The notes beneath the pieces are model-generated. The model did no database searches, was not told the origin of the DNA, and was given only the letters and a program-made list of their open reading frames with translations. 64,000 nt of DNA from the NCBI GenBank assembly GCA_903957365.1, contig CAJBPB010000286.1, forward strand, positions 8,046 through 72,045. Reading direction: 5' to 3'. Shown one piece after another: positions 59,400 through 64,000 of the stretch (its first letter is position 1; the number at the start of each line of letters is the position of its first letter). A program made the translations under genes and the position numbers. This DNA comes from an uncultured Bacteroidota bacterium. Lineage in GTDB: Bacteria; Bacteroidota; Bacteroidia; Bacteroidales; F082.

Positions 59400-60569
59400 A
59401 TGCAGGAACGACTGATCAATAAGCGAAACAGTGGCATCGACATCCTTCGGGGGATTTCAGTAATCGCAGTCATTTTACTTCATATTAACATCCGTATTCC
59501 ATTTTCAGTCACCTACATTGGAAGCATATTGCCAAAAATGATATATAGTTTCCTGTTTTGGAGTGGATATTACGGCGTTTGTATATTTTTTGTCGTATCA
59601 GGTTTTCTGATCACGACCACCTCACTTAATAAATGGGCAACATTGTCAGGGGTAAGTCTTCGGGGTTTTTACACCATGCGGTTTGCACGTATTATGCCAC
59701 TTTTGGTTGTTTTGCTCATTGTTTTATCGGTACTCCACTTGTCGGATATTGCTGATTTCGTCATCAATCCGGCGAAAACATCGCTTGCACGGGCGCTATT
59801 TGCGGCGCTTACCTTTCACATAAACTGGCTGGAAATGAAAGTGGGCTATCTGCCCGGATCATGGGATGTCCTTTGGACGCTTTCCCTCGAGGAAATATTC
59901 TATCTTTTCTTTCCCGTATTTTGTATTATTTGCCGCAAAGAATGGCATTTTGTTGCTTTATTGTCCGTTTTTCTGATTATTGGACCCTTTGCCCGCATCG
60001 TATGGTTTTCGGAAAATGAATTGGGCGACCACAATAACTTTGCCTATATGGATGCTATTGCATTGGGTTGTATTGCTGCACTTGTGACAAAAAGAATCAC
60101 AATAAAAAGGCATGTTTTAAACAGTATGTCTTTCATTGGCTGGGGGTTAATCATACTGATTCTTATATTTCGCCGTGCAGCCAATCAACTTTATTTGATT
60201 GAAACCGGTCTAAACGTAACTGTGCTGGCTATTGGGACTGCATTGGTATTAATCGGGATGCAAAAACGTTTTGTGGAAGGTAAACAAATTTCGTCGAAGT
60301 TTAGTGCAGCATTCCGGTATCTGGGTCGTAACAGTTATGAAGTATATTTAACCCATATGTTCATTGTCCTTTTGTTCGTTAATGTATTTAAATCATTGGA
60401 ACTTTCGGGCGAATGGGTATGGGCACTCTACATTTCAATCCTGATTGCCTCGGGCGTGCTGGGTGATTTGGTGGCCCGGTATTTTTCAAATCCACTAAAT
60501 AGCTTGCTGAGGGAGAAAATAAAGCCTCAAATTGTTTCGAATATGCAAGAAACAATTGAAATAAGATAA
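59400..60569 (+). CDS. acyltransferase family 3 (membrane O-acyltransferase)
   Basis: 389 aa, about 10 TM helices. N-terminal GIDILRGISVIAVILLH and SLEEIFYLFFP motifs. Confidence 0.85.
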   Translation: MQERLINKRNSGIDILRGISVIAVILLHINIRIPFSVTYIGSILPKMIYSFLFWSGYYGVCIFFVVSGFLITTTSLNKWATLSGVSLRGFYTMRFARIMPLLVVLLIVLSVLHLSDIADFVINPAKTSLARALFAALTFHINWLEMKVGYLPGSWDVLWTLSLEEIFYLFFPVFCIICRKEWHFVALLSVFLIIGPFARIVWFSENELGDHNNFAYMDAIALGCIAALVTKRITIKRHVLNSMSFIGWGLIILILIFRRAANQLYLIETGLNVTVLAIGTALVLIGMQKRFVEGKQISSKFSAAFRYLGRNSYEVYLTHMFIVLLFVNVFKSLELSGEWVWALYISILIASGVLGDLVARYFSNPLNSLLREKIKPQIVSNMQETIEIR

Positions 60570-60617
60570 GTCTGAGCCAATACAAAATGGATATGAGAAG
60601 AATTATTCATCTCCCCG

Positions 60618-61418
60618 TTATCCCCCGATATTACTAAACTGATTCGATTGATTGATCGACCCGCAGGATGGTTTGTTTCCAATGGCTGCCAGATATGCTT
60701 TTTCAACACCCATTTCACGCACATTATAACTCAAATCGGTGAACAAACAGGGTTTCAGGTCGCCATTTGCGGTAAGCCTGATCCGGTTACAGCTGGCACA
60801 ATGTCCGCCATCCCCACCTTCAACTACCGAAAACTGACCAGTCTGCAGATTCATCTCCTTGATAAAACGTACCTGTAAACCGTTTTTTTCACCAAAAGTT
60901 TTTACACCCAATGCATCCGGTTCCTGCGAATTTTTCCGGACAACACAGTTTATTTTTATCGGAAACAAACCGGCTTCTCTGGCTGCATCTATTCCTTTAA
61001 AAACATCTTCAATGTTTCCAAGTCGTGTGATTTCATGAAAACGATCAGGATCGATGGTATCCAGACTTATATTTACACGATTGAGACCGGCAGCCGCCAG
61101 ATCCTTTGCAAACTGATTTAACAGAATGCCATTGGTCGTCATCCCGATATCTTTGATTTCAGTAATGGTTGCGATTTGACCAACCAATTGTACAATTCCC
61201 CTTCTTACCAATGGTTCTCCTCCGGTAATCCTGACTTTTGTTATTCCGTTTGCGGCTCCAAACCTGACCACTTCAACAATCTCTTCAAAAGTCAGAATTT
61301 TATCATGTGCCATTATCGGAACACCACATTCGGGCATACAATAGTTACACCGCAGATTGCAACGATCTGTAACTGAGATCCGCAGATAATTTATGTTTCT
61401 GTTAAATGAGTCTAACAT
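60618..61418 (-). CDS. moaA: GTP 3',8-cyclase (radical SAM), compact form
   Basis: 266 aa. YLRISVTDRCNLRCNYCMP (CxxxCxxC), GGEPL, and C-terminal cluster CASCNRIRLTANGDLKPCLF. Confidence 0.88.
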   Translation of the reverse strand: MLDSFNRNINYLRISVTDRCNLRCNYCMPECGVPIMAHDKILTFEEIVEVVRFGAANGITKVRITGGEPLVRRGIVQLVGQIATITEIKDIGMTTNGILLNQFAKDLAAAGLNRVNISLDTIDPDRFHEITRLGNIEDVFKGIDAAREAGLFPIKINCVVRKNSQEPDALGVKTFGEKNGLQVRFIKEMNLQTGQFSVVEGGDGGHCASCNRIRLTANGDLKPCLFTDLSYNVREMGVEKAYLAAIGNKPSCGSINQSNQFSNIGG

Positions 61419-62574
61419 CGACCAGTTCTCCTTTTGTTACAGACGCGATACCCAATGGAATACTGATCAGCGCATTGGCAGTGACAAGGGCGTTAATATG
61501 TGCTGATCCATTATATATCAATGCTTTAACACTTCCATCAGGCTTAATGGTCGCCGGAACAAATCCAAGTCTTGCGGTACCTTTTCTAATGAAAGTTTCC
61601 GAAATTGGTAATCGCAGTATCAGCGGCTGCCAATGATGACCCATCAAACGATAAATAAATGGCTTTGCAAGAATTTCAAAAATATTAAAGGATGATACCG
61701 GATTACCAGGAAGGGCAAATACAAATTTATTCCCGGAACGGGCAAAAACCGTTGGTTTGCCCGGTTGCACTGCAATAGAACGAATTAGAGTGTTTACCTG
61801 CAACTCATTCAATATCTTAGGAATATAATCAAAATCACCCATCGAAATGCCTCCTGAGAGAATGATCACATCATGAATCTGAAACGCCTCAACTAATTTT
61901 TCTCTGGTTATATCTTCATTATCCGGAACAATACCTCCATATTCAACCTCCGCACCCATTCTGACTGCCTGGCTCACCAGCTGGCTTCCATTACTGTTTC
62001 GTATTTTACTGGTTTCAGGAACCTCATCGGGTTCAACCAGCTCATCTCCTGTCGAAAAAACACAAATCTTTACTTTCTTGAATACCTTTGGCTTCACAGC
62101 GCCAACCGAAGCCAGAACAGCGATATGTTGCGGTTGCAGCAGGGTTTCTTCTGAAATTACCAAAGCACCCTTTTTCAGATCTTCGGCACAGTAGGCAATA
62201 TTATTTTTGGTTTTCTGGTCAGTAACCGTAACCATTGAATCATTCTCGCTGGTTTGTTCGACCATCACCACACAGTCAGCATTTTCAGGAAGCATGGCGC
62301 CGGTCATAATCTTGGAACAGGTTCCTGGCTCAATTCTTCTGGTTGGTAACTTTCCGGCAGCAATTACTTCCAGTAATCGCATTGTGCTGCCAATATCGGA
62401 CCGGCGACAAGCATAGCCATCCACAGCTGATTTATCAAATGGTGGCATATCCATATCACTGAAAATATCCTCAGCCAATACGCGACCGGTCGCCATGCGA
62501 AAATCAATCACTTCAATACCAGTGCGTGGCAAATCAGAAGTAACGATGGTAAAGGCTTCTTCGAGTGTGATCAT
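61402..62574 (-). CDS. moeA: molybdopterin molybdenumtransferase
   Basis: 390 aa. PPFDKSAVDGYA, STGDELVEP, SGGISMGDFDY and PGNPVSS motifs. Its 3' end overlaps the moaA start by 17 nt. Confidence 0.93.
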   Translation of the reverse strand: MITLEEAFTIVTSDLPRTGIEVIDFRMATGRVLAEDIFSDMDMPPFDKSAVDGYACRRSDIGSTMRLLEVIAAGKLPTRRIEPGTCSKIMTGAMLPENADCVVMVEQTSENDSMVTVTDQKTKNNIAYCAEDLKKGALVISEETLLQPQHIAVLASVGAVKPKVFKKVKICVFSTGDELVEPDEVPETSKIRNSNGSQLVSQAVRMGAEVEYGGIVPDNEDITREKLVEAFQIHDVIILSGGISMGDFDYIPKILNELQVNTLIRSIAVQPGKPTVFARSGNKFVFALPGNPVSSFNIFEILAKPFIYRLMGHHWQPLILRLPISETFIRKGTARLGFVPATIKPDGSVKALIYNGSAHINALVTANALISIPLGIASVTKGELVDVRLI

Positions 62575-62683
62575 GAATTAAGTTTGCCGCGAATTTACGA
62601 TTTATCTCTTTATGACTCTGATACGACAACAATTCACTTCTGGAAGAATAACAGGAATTCCGTTGAATTTCAAAATAAAACAA

Positions 62684-64000
62684 TTAGTGCTTTATCTTAA
62701 AATATTCATAAATAGCGGGTTGTGACCGAATCTGTAGTTCTGACGTATCTGTTTTTTTATAAATATTGTTTTTTCCACAGTTTACCATACGGGCTTTTAA
62801 ATTGTCGGATAATTGAATTTGCAATACTTCATGTAACTCTTTTTGAAGAACAGGATCAATAACCGGACATACAACTTCGTATCGATGATCGAGATTGCGG
62901 TTCATCCAATCAGCTGAGGAAATAAAAAACAAAGGTTTTCCATTGTTTGCAAATTCAAATGTACGGCTATGCTCCAGATATTTATCCACGATACTGATTA
63001 CTTCAATATTTTCACTTAGTCCTTTAATCCCCGGAACAAGTACGCATATTCCACGACAGATAATCTGTATTTTCACACCAGTCTGACTTGCACGATATAA
63101 TTTTTTGACCAGTTTTTCATCAGTCAGACTATTAAATTTCAAAATCATCCATGCATTTTTTCCCGCTTTCCTATAATTCATTTCATTGTTGATCAAACGA
63201 ATGAATAAATTACGCACTCCAAAAGGAGAAATTGTCAGTTTCTTGAAAATTAAAGGTGTGTAAGGATTCTTTAGCTGTTGAAAAACACGTTCAACTTCAA
63301 TACCAATTTCCTGATCTGCTGTAAGTAAACTATTGTCAGCATAAATTGTTGCTGTAGATTCGTTGTAGTTTCCAGTACTGATATTCGAAAAGTACACATC
63401 CTTTTTATCTTCTTTGCGACGGATTGAAATCAGTTTGCAATGTACTTTAAACCCTGGAATCATTTTGAGCACCTGAACACCTTCTTCAGATAGCTTCTCA
63501 GCCCAATGTATATTCGCTTCTTCATCAAACCGTGCCTGAAGCTCCAGAAATACAGTAACATCCTTCCCGTTGCGGGCAGCATTTACCAACGCATTCACCA
63601 CACTTGAATCACGCGCTGCACGATACAAGGTCATTTTAATTGAACGCACTTTCGGATCTAGTGATGCTTCTCTCAGAAGATCGATTATATGTGTAAAAGA
63701 ATGATAAGGAAAATGCAATAAAACATCCTTTTGCCGGATAATACTGAAAATACTTTTATTCGCTGGTAAGGCAGGATGTGTCATCGGTGGCTGATGAATA
63801 TCCCACAAATGCGGACTACCAATTTTAGGGAATGAAATAAAATCTTTAAAATTCTGATAACTGCTTCCGGCAATCAACATATCTGATTTAGAGAATTTAA
63901 ATTTATCCAACAGTTTGTTAAGCACAACTTCGGGCATTTTCTTATCATAAATAAACCGGACCGGAGTTCCTTTTTTTCTTTGTTTTAAACTCTCAGACAT
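62684..64000 (-). CDS. ppk1: polyphosphate kinase 1, C-terminal part (ORF continues beyond the window end)
   Basis: Two PLD-like HKD-type domains (KVHCKLISIRRKE; HSRTFEFAN) and LYRASQTGVKIQIICRGIC. The 438 aa seen match the C-terminal two-thirds of a ~700-aa PPK1. Confidence 0.9.
   Translation of the reverse strand: MSESLKQRKKGTPVRFIYDKKMPEVVLNKLLDKFKFSKSDMLIAGSSYQNFKDFISFPKIGSPHLWDIHQPPMTHPALPANKSIFSIIRQKDVLLHFPYHSFTHIIDLLREASLDPKVRSIKMTLYRAARDSSVVNALVNAARNGKDVTVFLELQARFDEEANIHWAEKLSEEGVQVLKMIPGFKVHCKLISIRRKEDKKDVYFSNISTGNYNESTATIYADNSLLTADQEIGIEVERVFQQLKNPYTPLIFKKLTISPFGVRNLFIRLINNEMNYRKAGKNAWMILKFNSLTDEKLVKKLYRASQTGVKIQIICRGICVLVPGIKGLSENIEVISIVDKYLEHSRTFEFANNGKPLFFISSADWMNRNLDHRYEVVCPVIDPVLQKELHEVLQIQLSDNLKARMVNCGKNNIYKKTDTSELQIRSQPAIYEYFKIKH

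Noticed and set aside
63998-64000. ATG at the window edge as the true ppk1 start.
   Set aside because: The sequence from this Met corresponds to the middle of PPK1 (the HKD domains follow). A full PPK1 has a further ~250 aa at the N-terminus, so the ORF almost certainly continues beyond the window.
1-64000. Mobile elements, prophage, integrases, toxin-antitoxin or known defence systems.
   Set aside because: No transposase, integrase, recombinase, phage structural, restriction-modification, Cas or abortive-infection-like ORF was recognisable in any frame. No long terminal inverted repeats were seen.

Overview
AT-rich chromosomal segment with Bacteroidota hallmarks. Four secreted proteins end in T9SS-type C-terminal sorting domains (xYPNPxxxxxxI). 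TAnnTTTG -7 promoter boxes sit upstream of many genes, and there are no Shine-Dalgarno-like leaders. I call about 48 protein genes, most of them housekeeping:
- DNA repair and replication: recQ (partial), uvrA, priA.
- Glycine cleavage, unlinked: gcvP, gcvT, lpdA.
- thyA-folA, an H+/Na+ pyrophosphatase, DPP-III, rfbC, ppk1 (partial).
- A scattered molybdenum-cofactor set: moeA, moaA, moaC, MOSC-MogA.
- nqrF-apbE.
- Accessory-looking secreted proteins: Ntn-hydrolase-like, P-domain-CotH, esterase, C25 peptidase, LruC, GH92, GH30.

I saw no rRNA, tRNA, CRISPR array, transposase, integrase or recognisable defence or toxin-antitoxin system, and no convincing complete new multi-gene system.

Observations most worth a second look:
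1. An in-frame TAA splits a DUF5103 (T9SS plug-like) gene, and 78 further sense codons continue the same domain.
2. A family of short-period tandem repeats starts at or right after stop codons. The same composite GGAGTTCGGAGT / ACTYTAGYTC element occurs at two loci 33 kb apart, and an unrelated 8-mer array occurs at a third.
3. A four-gene ECF-sigma module ends in a small secreted six-Cys protein with two D-x-D/N-x-D/N-G-V-C-D motifs.
4. An nqrF-apbE pair lies without nqrA-E.
5. The Moco cluster is interrupted by a TPR gene and an opposite-strand acyltransferase.

All family assignments come from motif recognition by eye. No searches were run.
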